From: Entomortierella parvispora E1425
Taxonomy: Eukaryota; Fungi; Mortierellomycota
Length of the DNA: 64,000 bases
Direction: 5' to 3'
NCBI GenBank assembly: GCA_020891255.1
Contig: BQFW01000008.1
Span: 2,108,001-2,172,000, forward strand
Position 1 is the first letter of the stretch. Each line of letters starts with the position of its first letter. The notes beneath the pieces were generated by a model, which did not search any database, was not told the DNA's origin, and saw only the letters and a list, made by a program, of their open reading frames with translations. Of the stretch, positions 31,804 through 44,658 are shown piece after piece. A program made the position numbers and the translations under genes.

Positions 31804-34079
31804 ATGGCAATGATCAACAATCCCGAGACAGCTCTCGCCCTACTCCAGGCAAATGGGGCCCGCGACAATAACCAGCAGCAGCAAGGACATAGCAACAGCT
31901 TGCCTAATGCAAACAACATGCTCATTAATGGAAACACCAGCAACAGCGCCAACGGCTCCAATGCTGCTGCGGCCAGCAGTTTGTCGAGGACTGGCAGGAG
32001 TTCGCCTGCGTCAGGAGGAGGGTCGACATCTTCTCTTCAACAATTGCCTAGGCCATCGAGCAGCGCCCGAGGAAATGTTGCTGCTTTCCTGACAAAGTTG
32101 TACAAGTACGTGTCCTACAGCTGATTAGGATACTGACTGCGTCAGGATTGCTGCCCTGTGACTCACTCATACTTTCCTTTTTGTTTTATAGTATGGTTGG
32201 TGATGAGGCATCCAACAATCTCATCAAATGGTCGGACGATGGCCATTCATTCATTGGTGAGTCTCATGCGAGTGTTATATTGATATAGTTGTTTTAATGT
32301 CACTTTCTGTAATTCACCTAATGTTCTCTGTCTTTTTACCTAGTTATCAAGCACGTGGAGTTCGCAAAGGAGGTCTTGCCAAAATTCTTCAAGCACAACA
32401 ACTTTTCATCTTTTGTCCGACAGCTGAATATGTACGGATTTCACAAAGTGCCACATCTTCAGCAAGGAGTACTTCTCCCTGATTCGGATTCTGAACAATG
32501 GGAGTTTAGCAATCCTCATTTCCAAAAGAATCAGCCTGACTTGCTCTGCTTGGTGTCCCGCAAAAAGGCTTCGAATGGAAATGACGACAAAGACGCATTG
32601 ACAATGGATCTGGGTCATATCCTCTCAGAGGTTACCGCTATCAAGAAGCATCAAGTAGCCATTTCTTCGGACTTGAAGAATATTGAGCGGGATCACCAAG
32701 TTCTCTGGCAGGAATCAGTGGCGGCTCGAGAACGGCATCAGCGACAACAGGAGACTATCGACAAAATATTGCGGTTTTTGGCAAGTGTGTTTTCAGGAGA
32801 GAAGAAGCGAGCGATTGTTCCGAACAAAAAGCCCAGGCTTACCATTACAGAAGGCGATATCGACGAAGAGCCCGAGCATGAGTATGTTCTTGAGTCTGAT
32901 GACGAACATGAAGAAGAGGTGACCAAGCTTTTGGGAAGCAAGAGGAAACGTGCATCAATGGTGGAGGCCGATGGTAACTACGTACTGCCTGGAATGGAGT
33001 CGCGAGGATCATCCGGGAAGGCGGCCGCGACATCGTTCAACGCGGCTGATATGACACCGGCAACCTTGGCCTTACTCGCAAACCAATCCCCTCAAGCAAA
33101 AAAGTGGCCCTCGACTATCTCAACATCATCCACGTCATCCAGCTCTATCCCTACCTCCGCACCAACTCGCACTTTGTCATCATCCACTTCTGTACCGACT
33201 GTAGCTGCGACGCAGCAGACTCATACGTCTCTCCCAGACTACTTGACATCATTTCCGTCGATGAATTACGCAGACCAGACCTTCACATTGGATTCGTCTA
33301 GTCTTGGAATTCCTACAACAACGACGTTATTACCGAACGCCATCAGCCCTGTTCATCACGACATGCTCAGATCTATTTCAAAGGCGAATGCTCGGGATTC
33401 GGTTCAACCACCGCTGCCACCTTCCTTTGTGCAAACCCCTGCAGGTGCAAATGTCGTCAAAGGAGTGGACCAGATTACGGCAGAGATGGAGCAATTGCAA
33501 CGAAGCATCGAAGCGTTAGGACAGCATGGATTAAATGTCGATGATTTTAATTTCAATGACGACTATCTTAATTTATCAAATTCGTTTGGTAAGTTGTTTT
33601 AACGGGCTATTGAGTCGCATAATTTGCATCAACAAGGTGGAGAGCGCATTAGGATACTAAACTTTTCTTTTTCTTTCTCTTTTTCTTCGCTAGATTCCTC
33701 TGGATTCGATGGACTCACCCCAATTACAGATAGTGGCCTATCATACAGTGACCCCACAAGCAACGAGAGAGAGCTCATGGATGACATGATCCATGATGAT
33801 CAAGACGGGGACCTTCAACTTATAACTCCGGCCTTGGCAAGTCAACATATTGCTTCTGAACAGAGCACCCCTGGATCCGGTAGCACGGGAAGAGAAGCGT
33901 CGGCCTCAAGTACGCCTCTTTCTCCCAGCTCGACTGTATCGACCCCACTTGCCAAGAATCGTATACCTTTGTCCACTTCATCATCTTCCACTTCAACCAG
34001 TTCAACCCCAGTGAATCCAAGGACATCCACGGTAGGGGAAGAGTACTTGGAGGACTTGTTGGACATGGACCCAGTCTAA
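31804..34079 (+). CDS. HSF1: Heat shock transcription factor
   Basis: DNA-binding domain NVAAFLTKLY…FAKEVLPKFFKHNNFSSFVRQLNMYGFHKV…WEFSNPHF, and an HR-A/B segment with QQETIDKILRFLASVF. Confidence 0.93.
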
Positions 34080-34889
34080 ACCCATCCTCGCCTGTAACCT
34101 ACTTGTAGTTTTAGTCACAATAACAACCAGCCAATTTTTGAAGATTGTTTATGTTGTGCCTGATTTCCCCTGTGACTGAACTGACCTTTGTTGCGTGCCA
34201 CTATTGAGAGTGAACAAACGGTCAATCTAAATGGGATGGGTTCAAAATGTTCTGCAACATTTGGTGGCAGTTTTGTCGACTGTCTACGTTTCTTGAAAGC
34301 TTGATGAAAAGCAACAACACAGCGATGGCAGTTGAAGTCATAGGAAAATATTGTAAAGAAGTTCCAATAAGGTCAAACCACAAACTGATCCTACCCGCAG
34401 TTCGCGTGCATCCAGTATTATGGCGTTGGACATCAACGACTGTGTACAGACGGCAAAAGGTCTCTTCAAAGTACCATACTACTGGGGAGAAGTGGGATAC
34501 TAATTAATGGGGGTCGTGGCTCCACTGGAAGATAAAAGCCAGAGATGAGGATTGGAAAGAAGAAACGGGAGCATTGTAATTGGACTTACTCCTCAAAGTC
34601 TTATCGGCTATAAATGGAGCCAGGGGCCGTCCCCCGCATCTAGAGTATACTCAGTATTGTTACATATGGCTTGCATATCATTCCAAAGGAAAGTGTCTCT
34701 CTTTGCCCGATCTCAACCGTGATTTAAAAGGGTCCTCATCATGATAGTTTAGTACTATCCATGCGCAGTGCTTCTCAATAAACGACCAGTTAAACAAAAT
34801 AAAGCCTGCACCATCATCGTGAGAACTAGGACCGATTGGTTGATTGGGGTTTGGACATGGTATTATTTAATGCTAGAGATGCTTGACTC

Positions 34890-37062
34890 CTAGAACTTTT
34901 GCTCCAACGGCTGGATATGATGTTGAGGGAATCGGACGTTGAGTGCAAAGACATGAGTGCGTTCCAAAATAATCTCCCAGGTCTTTGGGTCAACACGCTT
35001 AGGAGTTTCGTGGATTCGTTCGTCCATGGTCACAGCATAACCGCGCTCAGACAGGATGCTGATCACAACTTCTGCAATCTTGGGGTCGGAAAGCATGGGG
35101 TTGTCACTGTATAAGGCGAAAAAAATACTCTTGGTCAATGCAAAATACAGGAGCGGGATATTCATACGGTGGTGTAAAGGCGTATAGAAACTTACGACCG
35201 AACCAGCGCTTGACCACTGATCGCGTGGCGAGCTACCATGGGCGACACTTCTTGGTCTATGAAGCGAACCGCCTTTGCAAAAATATCAGGCTCTGTTTCG
35301 CAGTAGTGTTCGAGTCTCCTGATCAGATCCTGGCGCCTAATGAACAAGTAGTGAGTATCAGGGCTTTCTTTTTGCTTCCGTTTCTTCATAGTGTATCACT
35401 CTTACGCATGAATGCCAATCTTGGTAGCAAGAGGAATGTGAGAGATGGCTTCATAGGTATCATGTTCAAGCTCCAAAGAGGATTGGTATTCGAATTCCTT
35501 GAGGATAATTCGCATCACACTGTCGATATCTCCAACAGCATTAATGAGATCTTTCGAGAGAGATGGGTTACAGGGACACACGATTAGTCAATGGGTGGGC
35601 AAAAGTATTCACATATTAATATAACCTAACCTCGTCATTCTTTGGACTTACGGAAGGGAAATATCTTGCTCAGTTTAAGAAGACAGGAGTAATGGTCCTT
35701 GAAAATCTGATATCTAGCACGGATAAGCTATTGGATTGTGCCAACAAATACGGGTACGAGTTAGGTACTGTTTTGCTTCAGATATGGTCAGATGCCGACA
35801 ACTTACCTTCTCGTCATAGTCCGTGACGCGCTCCTCTCTGACCTCGCCCTTGCCAGATCGAAGAACCTGGGCGTTGTGTTCCTTGATGAGCTTTCCTCTC
35901 ATCAACTGTCGTCCCAATGAGATTTCTTCGTCCACATAAAGCACACAAATTCGGAAAGTTGGTCGAGGGAAGTAGTCCTTGAACGGCGTCTGCTTGTACT
36001 CTCTTCGCAGCTCGTGCATCCTTTCGTGCAACAGTTTCAGACACTCGACTTGGACCTCACTCCTCGGAAAGCCATCGACCAGGACACCCACTTCTGGTTC
36101 GCAATCCAGAAGAGCAGAAAGCAAATTCTCGACCACCTTGCCATCACTGATCATGAGGCCCTTGTTAATCAAATCCTTACACTCTGGTGTGGAAAGGAGC
36201 GAGGACATTGAAATGGACGGGTTGGTTATGCCTCGAGCTCTCAAGATCGCAGGGGTGTGTGTCCCCTTGCCTGATCCAGGTGCTCCCATTAGCCAAATAA
36301 TCTCCTTGGGAAACCGCATATTATCTCTGCCATGAACATCCTGTACATTTTTGAACGCCTGATTAAAGATCAGTTTTGCATCCTTGATCTCCGAGATCCT
36401 ATTAAGGAGGTCGAGGGCACGGAGACAGTTAGAATGCGATAAATACAGTTGCAGTGGGTATATCAAAGAGGCCGATTGAGGTGGCCTGGTTGGGAAGATG
36501 AATGTGAAAGGGATCATCGAAGTGTCGTGTATAGTGTATCGTGTCGTGTAAAATCTGGGAGCGGAGCTCCCTTCTTTCTTTTTCTTTCTTTCTTTCTTTT
36601 TTTTCAATTGTGTATACCGCTTTTCTTGCTTTTCCTTCTGGGAGGAAGCATCATTCATGGTTTCCTCCTGTGCGGCAGCGGCAGCAAGAGCCGGGGCTAT
36701 ATAGTCAACGAAAACCAGGAACAAGGAAATCAGTCAGGAGCACGGGTAAACCTACTACCTCTTCCACAATTGGGGCTGCTTTCAATACCCTTATTGACGT
36801 TTGACTTCTCATTGTAGACAGGTAGCGACACGCTATAGTGACGAAGAGGTGGGAGGGAGGGGGTTGTTGGTGCTTTGGCGGACAGCAAGACTCGAGCGCC
36901 AGTGAATGGGATCCCAGAGGGCATTGCCCTGGGCAATTCAGAGCAGCACAGCCTCCGCGCAACAGCTTGCGGCTGGGTGATGGTTTGTTGTGCAGGTGGA
37001 CTCAAGAGCCGAGGCAGGATGGTAGCCTGCTTCGTTGCAAATCTAGCCGAGGATGGAGCCAT
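34890..37062 (-). CDS. Atypical long adenylate/NMP kinase with probable mitochondrial presequence
   Basis: P-loop LMGAPGSGKGT, VDGFPRS, and a long C-terminal extension (YQSSLEL, RHAISG). The first exon is Arg/Ser/Ala-rich and nearly devoid of acidic residues. Confidence 0.85.
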
Positions 37063-37166
37063 TGCAGGGAGGGGAGAGAGGAGAGAGGGGAGGTGGATGA
37101 ATGTGAAGAAGGGGCGATCATGACGAATGGATGACCATTTTTTAGTTTATTGCAAAGAACATGCGT

Positions 37167-37168
<2 letters not shown>

Positions 37169-37205
<37 letters not shown>
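37169..37205 (+). repeat. Poly(T) tract, 37 nt
   Basis: Direct count. It lies between the MDR 3' end and the NMP kinase promoter. Confidence 0.95.
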
Positions 37206-37206
<1 letters not shown>

Positions 37207-37261
37207 GGCCGACTTCAACTCTCTTCCCTCCTCTTTCCCTCTCAGTGAGCATCCTCCTCAA

Positions 37262-38503
37262 TCACAATTTGGAGCTGCTCTTGATCTGCAGCACCAGCTT
37301 GCCGAATTGGCGCCCTTGCCTCATCACCTCAAAGGCCTCCTCTGCCGACTCCAGACCCTGCCACACCTGGCTAACAACTGGGCGCAGCTTGTGCTTGGTC
37401 ACGAATTGCAGCATCTCCTCGAACTCGAGACGAGACCCCTAAATTGCAACATCGAAAAACAAAATTGAATAAGCATGCACTGGCTGGTTTCTATTAATAC
37501 CACCATTTCACGTACCATTGTCGATCCTTTGAGCTCAATGTTGCGCAGAACTGCAGCCATCGTGTAGTCCACCTTGGGTTTCACTGTCATTCCGTAGGAC
37601 ACAATGATACCCCCCAATCGCAAGATCTGTGTAAAAGTCTTCAGGCCATCGCCGCCAGCACCATCAATCACAACATCAAATGGCTCTCCGCCAGCTGCTC
37701 TTTGCAGGTTTGCTCCCCATTTATCTTCCTTGTAATTCACGCCGCCACGGGCGCCGAGGCGCACAGCATTGATGATCTTGTTATCGTCTGATGATGTAAC
37801 ATATACATTGGCGCCTGAGGCGACACAGAATGACAAGGCCATCAGCGCGACACCACCACCTTTAGTTCAAATAAGAAAAAGCAAAGATGATAAATGAGCG
37901 TGTTAGCTGTCAAAGCGAAGAGTATTTAGATTCCCAAATTCTCTCCAGATATCCTCTCCAGATATCCTCAACGTCTTTACCAATGCCTGTGATCAACACG
38001 TTCTGGCCTTTGGAAACAAGCCCTTTCGTGAAAACGGCGCGATACGCGGTCAAACCAGCCAAAGGCAGGGCTGCGGCTTCGGCATCTGTCAGATGCTCTG
38101 GGGCCTTGAAGAGGTCCTCCTGCTGTGAGACATAGTATTCTGTAAAAACACCACTTGCGTGTCCACCTCCAAGAATGTAATAGGCATCTTCTGGCCCGCG
38201 GGGATCCTTGGACCAACCGATGGAAGGCATAACCACGACCCGGTCGCCAATTTCGAGCTTTGATCCAGTGGCTGGCTTCATGTCGACAATTTTACCGACT
38301 CCATCGGCGCCCAAGATCGAGCCAAAGATGATACCGGGGTATTGGCCCTTACGGATCCAGAGTTCGCGATGGTTAAACGAGACTGCTTGGACCTCGATCA
38401 AAGCCTGGTCCGCTTCTAGGTCCGTGGGCTTTGGAACCTGGACGAGTGCTGCGTTGTGGTAGGTTGGCTGGGCCGAGGTCTTCTCAATAATAACGGCCTT
38501 CAT
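37262..38503 (-). CDS. Medium-chain dehydrogenase/reductase (quinone oxidoreductase-like)
   Basis: FNHRELW, ILGADGVG, AAALPLAGLTAYRA, VLITGIGGGVA, DVVIDGAGG and QFGKLVL. Two introns. Confidence 0.92.
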
Positions 38504-38794
38504 GGCAGAGATGTGTAGTTCTGAATGAGATGAATTGAGAAGAAATGAAATGAAATGAAAGAGGAGATAAAAGAGTGGGAAGAGTGGAATGAGCAAAGAA
38601 GGAATGACCGAGGCGAAAGGACACAAAAGACGGAACGAGTGGAGCCGACGCGAACCTTTTTCTTTAATGGTGTTGTTGGTGTTAAACATTTTGATACTGT
38701 ACGTATATATGGTGAATGTAGGCAGATATGTGGGAGTGAACTTGGACTATGTACGTGGCGGTGTGGTGGGTGGGTTCGTTATTGTGCAAAACCT

Positions 38795-39937
38795 TTATCC
38801 GCGGCTGAGAAACGCTGTCTTCTCCTCGTCGTCAGCAGCCGTCTTCTCATCAATGACGGCAACAACAAACGAAGCCTCCTCCTCCTGCTCCTGCTGTCCA
38901 ACCTTGGCATATGCCTGCTGACGACGGAGCTCGCGACGCTTCTGGACAACGGCTCGGAGAGACGTGGCCGAGAAGACAAACATGCAGGCGGCAACCAGAC
39001 CGGCGCCGGCGAAAGCTGGCCAGTTCAGCGAACGGAACCACTCATCAATCGACTTCATGGCATCCTCAAACTCCTGTTGAGCCTGGTCACCACAGCTCTT
39101 CGAGTTGCCAAAAGGCAGGGGGGTGTACGAGCCAAGGGATCCATCGGCCATGATTTCAATCACCTGCTGAGCAGCGTCAGTCTGCTGAATCTCCTGGCCA
39201 TTGACCTCGACCACGGTCTCCTGGAGGGTGACCCGGCGAACAACAGTGCCGTCTTCGGCAGTGACAAATTCAGTCGAGGCGGTGACCTGGACAGTGACCA
39301 GGCCCTTGTCAAAGGCCTCCATGAGGTCCTCGGCTGGCGTCTCGGGATCAAGGGCTGGGCCTACAATAACGCCAGCTTCGACGGTGACAGTGACGGTGAT
39401 AGGCTCGTCAGTGGCCTCGGACTCAAGAGGAAGGCGGACCTTGTTCATCAAGACCTGAAACAAGAAAGCGAATAATAAATCAATTATTACATGAACGACA
39501 GAGCACAGCGGCGTCATTTTGCACAGCCAAATCAGCCAGGGAGGACTGGCCTGGGCGCTGCGTTACCTCGTGGTTCTGGACATCAAAGTCAAAGGCGACA
39601 GACATGATACGCTCGGCTAAGAAAGTGCCATCGTCTGCAAGAAGGTCATCTGTCCGCTGGACTGTGACCACGAATGTATCAACGTTGGGCTTGGTGTGGA
39701 CCTCCTTGACCTCCAACTCTGTGTCAGAGACATCGACCAGGCGCTTTTCCACATCTTGGGCAGAGGTGAAGGCTACAAAGAAACAGATGGACAGAAACGG
39801 GGGAAAAGGAGGGTGGGCGGGGGAGGAGGATTAGTGTCGGTTGGGGCGGCCGTGTGCGAGTGCAGGCGTTGTTACGCAGCAAGCGAGGACGTACCAGCGA
39901 GGGCCAAAAGGGCCGTTGCGAGAGAGAACAGCTTCAT
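38795..39937 (-). CDS. Hypothetical type I membrane protein
   Basis: Signal peptide MKLFSLATALLALA, a Val/Glu/Thr-rich ectodomain, TM segment PAFAGAGLVAACMFVF and a cytosolic tail. Two introns. Confidence 0.75.
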
Positions 39938-40282
39938 GAGCAAATAGGGTTGAGTGGAGTAAAGGAAAGGGAATAGGTGCGGACAGGGACAGAGGGAAGA
40001 GACGAGGGTTACAAGAGAGAAAGAGCAGAGAAACGGTCAATGAGGGAATGGGAAGAGAAGAAAGACAAAGCGGCATTGCCAAGGCGCAGACTCAATGGGC
40101 CTTTTTTTTTCCTGCTCCTTTTCCCCTTTGGGCCTCTCTCCCTCTCTCCCTCTCTCCGCAAAGGGGGTCATGCGGTGTGCTTCGACAGCCTACAGCCACG
40201 AAGTGGTCACGTGCACTTTATTTTTGAGTTCCAAATCCAACCAATCGGTCACTCTGTCCTCTCCTGCGTGTGCCCTGTGCAC

Positions 40283-41109
40283 TCACGACGATGTGGGGCG
40301 CCCTAGGGCTGCTGAACTGTGCTGAGGGACGCCGACGACAACGTCCTCGAGGTCAACCTCGCGTCCCTCTTCGTCCATCTTCTTGGTCTGCTGTGCAACC
40401 TCCTCTGCGTATTCGTCTGCCTCTTCGCGCTCCATAAAGACTTCCTTGACCATGTCAAGATACGATTTGGAGGGCGGCTGTGACCATTTTTTGTCCAGCG
40501 CCTTAGCCATTTCCCCCAGATTCACACCGTTTTTTGCATACATCCTGTAGAGAGCATCCACCTCAGCATCGTACTTGGGTTGCTCTGGTCGGATCTCCAG
40601 ACGATAGCGCTCCAATGTGGGGTCTGAGCGATAGAACGATTGGTAGTATTGGGTCCATGTCAAGTCGGGGTTTGGATAAGGCAAAAGGTCAAATACAAGA
40701 TCAACCTTGGGAGACAGTGGATCGCCTGTAGGGCGATCATAAAAGAGAACCGCGTGGACAGTCTTGGAGGGTCCTACAGTTCGGAACCACTCGAGAATCT
40801 CGGCCTTTGTGCCGATAAAGACAAAGGTTGAAGTGTGACCAAGTGATAGTGAAATCTTGTCACCAAGCATGGGGGGGGTAACGATTCTCTTGTCCCCTGG
40901 GATGTCGCCTGAATGAACGCAAAAATAAAAATGTTAGCATAAAAGGTATAATGGTAGAGTTCATTCCATGAGAGGGAGACGAGTTCCCACGATGTGCGGT
41001 TTATTTCAGACAAACGGAATAGAAAAGGGGAAGGCTGACTTCGCAGGGTGATAGCACAGGTGGAGAACGGCGACATACTCAGGGCATAGCCGTATTTGAA
41101 GGAGGTCAT
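40283..41109 (-). CDS. Hypothetical protein (2 exons)
   Basis: A 195-aa ORF with normal composition plus an upstream ATG exon. No family recognised. Confidence 0.6.
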
Positions 41110-41441
41110 TTGACGTGTTTTTCTGATTGTACGCGAAAGGTGATGTCAAGTTGAAGGAAAGAAGGTGAATGGCAAGTGAGGGTGTGAGGGTGAAGAATGA
41201 TGCCCGCGTGGGGTGGTCCTGGTGCATCGCGGCTGCATGTCAGTAACCACGTGACACATTCGTGGCACGTGATCTTCGACGCGGCGGGGAAGCCTTTGAC
41301 GATGGGCATCATCTTGCTCTTCATCCTCATCTCCCTGTCTTCCTCGCCGCTCCTACCGTCGGCAACTACCGCAAAGCCCTTCTCCCTCCTTTCTCCGCCA
41401 ACAGAAGCACCCGTAGCTGCAAGGCACCCTCAAGCCTTCCC

Positions 41442-44400
41442 ATGGACGTGTTTTCCAAACCAAAGTTCTTTACCACCAGCACTAAGGGTAATTACATCAC
41501 CTGTCTATAATGTTTGTCAAGACATCTGCCAATTCTCAAGACAGGGACAAATCCGTCTAGGAACGCCCTGTTATTATCTCAATATGTGTGCGCCACTTGC
41601 ATTATTGACCCGATTAATCCTTCATTTACTACCTTTCCCCTTAAATAGGTGAGAATGCCGAGCTGCTGGTCGAGCTCAATAGCGAGTACCGTGAGCGACG
41701 CAAGGATGCTGTCAAGAGGGTGATTGCCAACATGACTGTCGGCAAGGACGTCTCCTCTTTGTTCCCACAGGTCGTTAAAAACATGCAGACCGAGGATCTG
41801 GAAATGGTATGTGGGGACAACAGTACTATTGCACCGAGCTTCCCAGGAACAGACTGCTAACGTGTTACTATCCTTTTTAGAAAAAACTTGTGTACTTGTA
41901 CCTTATGAACTATGCTAAATCCAACCCGGATCTAGTTATCTTGGCTGTCAACACATTTGTCAGGGTAGGTTAGATGTTTGCTTAACGGCAGCATTGCGCC
42001 TTGGCGAGGTTTTATGTGGACAGGCATTGTTGTCATCCTAAATTTTACGCAGCTTGTAACTCATTTCTTTCTTATACCCTCACATCAGGATACGGATCAT
42101 TTGAATCCCTTGATTCGAGCATTGGCGATTCGAACAATGGGCTGCATCCGTGTCGACAAGATTCTAGATCATGTCTGTGAACCTCTCAAGAAATGTCTCC
42201 AGGACGATAACCCTTATGTCCGCAAGACAGCAGCGTTGGCTGTGGCTAAACTCTGGGATCTGGATCAGGAGAGGGCTCGCGAGAATGGATTCGTGGAAAT
42301 ACTACAGGAGCTCTTGTCGGATTCGACTCCGATGGTTGTTGCCAACGCGGTGACAGCTTTAGCAGAGATGCAAGAATCTGCAACTATCGACAACGGCGGA
42401 GATGTTTTCGTTGTTAACGTCGTAACCATGAACAAAATGCTGGCTGCGTTGAATGAGTGTACAGAGTGGGGCCAAATCGCAATCTTGACTTCGCTGGCAG
42501 ATTACCGACCAGTGGATTCCAAAGAAGCCGAGAATATTTGTGAGAGGGTTGTGCCGCGTTTGTCACATGCGAACGGATCCGTCGTTTTGTCTTCTATTCG
42601 AGTGATCATGATGTATATGCGATATCTCAAGAACGATGACTTCGTCAAAGCCCTAATCAAGAAGATGTCTCCGCCTCTTGGTAAGGACTCATTGATTGTC
42701 AACAGTTTGAACAGATCTTTGGAGAGTTATTAATTTTTAATTTTTTGCCTTTTACTAGTCTCTCTCCTTGCCTCCCCTCCAGAAGTGCAATATGTTGCGT
42801 TGAGAAACATCAACCTGATCTTGCAGAAGAGACCCGATATTCTTCAAAACGATGTCAGAGTCTTCTTCTGCAAATACAATGATCCACCATACGTCAAGCG
42901 CGAAAAACTCGAGATCATCATCAAGCTGTCCAACGGCAGAAATATCGATCAAGTCCTCTCCGAATTGAAAGAGTATGAAACCTGTCTTATTTTTAACCGC
43001 CTCTCTCTTTGACACCATATGGCTACTCCCTATCTAACTGTACTTTTGCAACGTAGGTATGCGTCGGAAGTGGATGTCGACTTTGTTCGCAAGGCAGTCC
43101 GAGCCATCGGACGATGCGCTATCATGATTGACGAAGCTTCAGAGAGATGCGTCAATGTGCTCCTGGACCTTATCAACACAAAGGTCAATTACGTTGTTCA
43201 GGAAGCAATCATTGTCATCAAAGTAAGTGGCTATTTCTTAAAAAACTGAGAAAGTAATCGAGAGCTTCAGATTACATATCATGATATTGAAACTAACCCT
43301 TCACTCTCAGGACATATTCCGCAAATATCCCCAAAGATATGAGGCCATCATTCCAACACTCTGCCAGAACCTGGATTCCTTGGACGAGCCTGAGGCTAAG
43401 GGCTCGTTGATCTGGATCTTGGGCGAGTATGCCGAGAGGATCGAGAACGCAGTCGAATTGATTGAGTCATTTTTGGAGACATTTTTGGAGGAGAACTCAC
43501 AGGTTCAACTGCAATTGCTGACAGCTACTGTCAAGCTTTTTTTGAAAAAGCCATCACAATCCCAAGAGTTGGTGCACAGAGTCCTTCAAACTGCCACACA
43601 GGAAATTGACAACCCAGACACGCGTGACCGAGCATATGTGTACTGGAGGTTGCTCTCTACCGACCCCCAGGCTGCCAAGGCTGTAGTCCTTTCGGAGAAG
43701 CCACCAATTTCAGTCGAGTCTGGCGGCGGAACTGGTGCGACAGGATCTGGTCGTGGACCCAGCAATGGACTGGCCGGCGTAAGCCGCATTGCTCCAGGTT
43801 TGATGGATGAGTTGATTTGTAACATCTCAACCCTGGCGTCTGTCTACCATAAGCCCCCTAGGGCTTTCTTGGGCAACAAGGCCTTTAGTGCAGACGCTGT
43901 TCGTAAGGCAGCCGTGGAAGAGTAAGTCCTCTCCCTTCCTGCTAAATGACTACCTGATGTACCCTCTCGTTGCTCACCTTTATTTTTCCTTCTTTGCCCT
44001 TTTTTTGTGCGTATAGTGCAAAGGACGAAGAGCAGATAGCAGGCGAGGATGCCCCAGTCCCAGGATCTGCAGCAGCAGCAGCGCCCAAGAATGCCATGGC
44101 CGATCTTTTAGATTTGGACTTCGGGTCAGCAGAGCCTCAAGTGCCCGCGTACAGTTCCCCTCCTGTCTCTGGAACCCGAGCTCCTGCAAACTACAATGCG
44201 GATCTATTTGGCCTGTCCTCAGACATGGGTAACATGTCTGGAGCGTTTGGCGGGTCAAATGGACTCCAGAATAACATGAATGGTGGCAACAGTGCAAGTG
44301 GCAGTAACGGCAATTTGTTTGGTGATTTGGGTGGATTTGGAGGATTTGGCCAATCTCCACCCTTGTCGCAGAACCAGCAGCACCAACAGCCTCAGTCCAC

Positions 44401-44452
44401 GCCTCAAAACACACAATCCTCTGCTGTGAATGATCTTTTGGACTTGCTGTAG
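41442..44452 (+). CDS. AP-1/AP-2 adaptor complex beta subunit (beta-adaptin)
   Basis: [68 protein letters not shown] and clathrin-box-like LLDLDF. AP-1 versus AP-2 is not resolved. Confidence 0.95.
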
Positions 44453-44563
44453 TGAAAAGAATGCCTACTGAAAGAAAATATAGATATATTCCACAATTGC
44501 TGGGTACTCGTAGCGATGATGCTTTGGAATGTTACCCCTCCCCCCTTTTTTATATATAACTTG

Positions 44564-44594
<31 letters not shown>

Positions 44595-44658
44595 GTTGTA
44601 ACAATCACCTTTTCGCCATCCCGAGCTCTATCAATCCCCACTTCAGCAAACAGCAGGC

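Noticed and set aside
34200-34720. Possible decayed gene between HSF and the kinase (…EVIGKYCKEVPI…ALDINDCVQTAKGLFKVPYYWGE)
   Set aside because: It is short, has no recognisable motif and no consistent exon chain. It could be UTR or intergenic DNA.
38555-39475. 306-aa plus-strand ORF
   Set aside because: It is antisense to the membrane protein gene and explained by that gene's codon bias.
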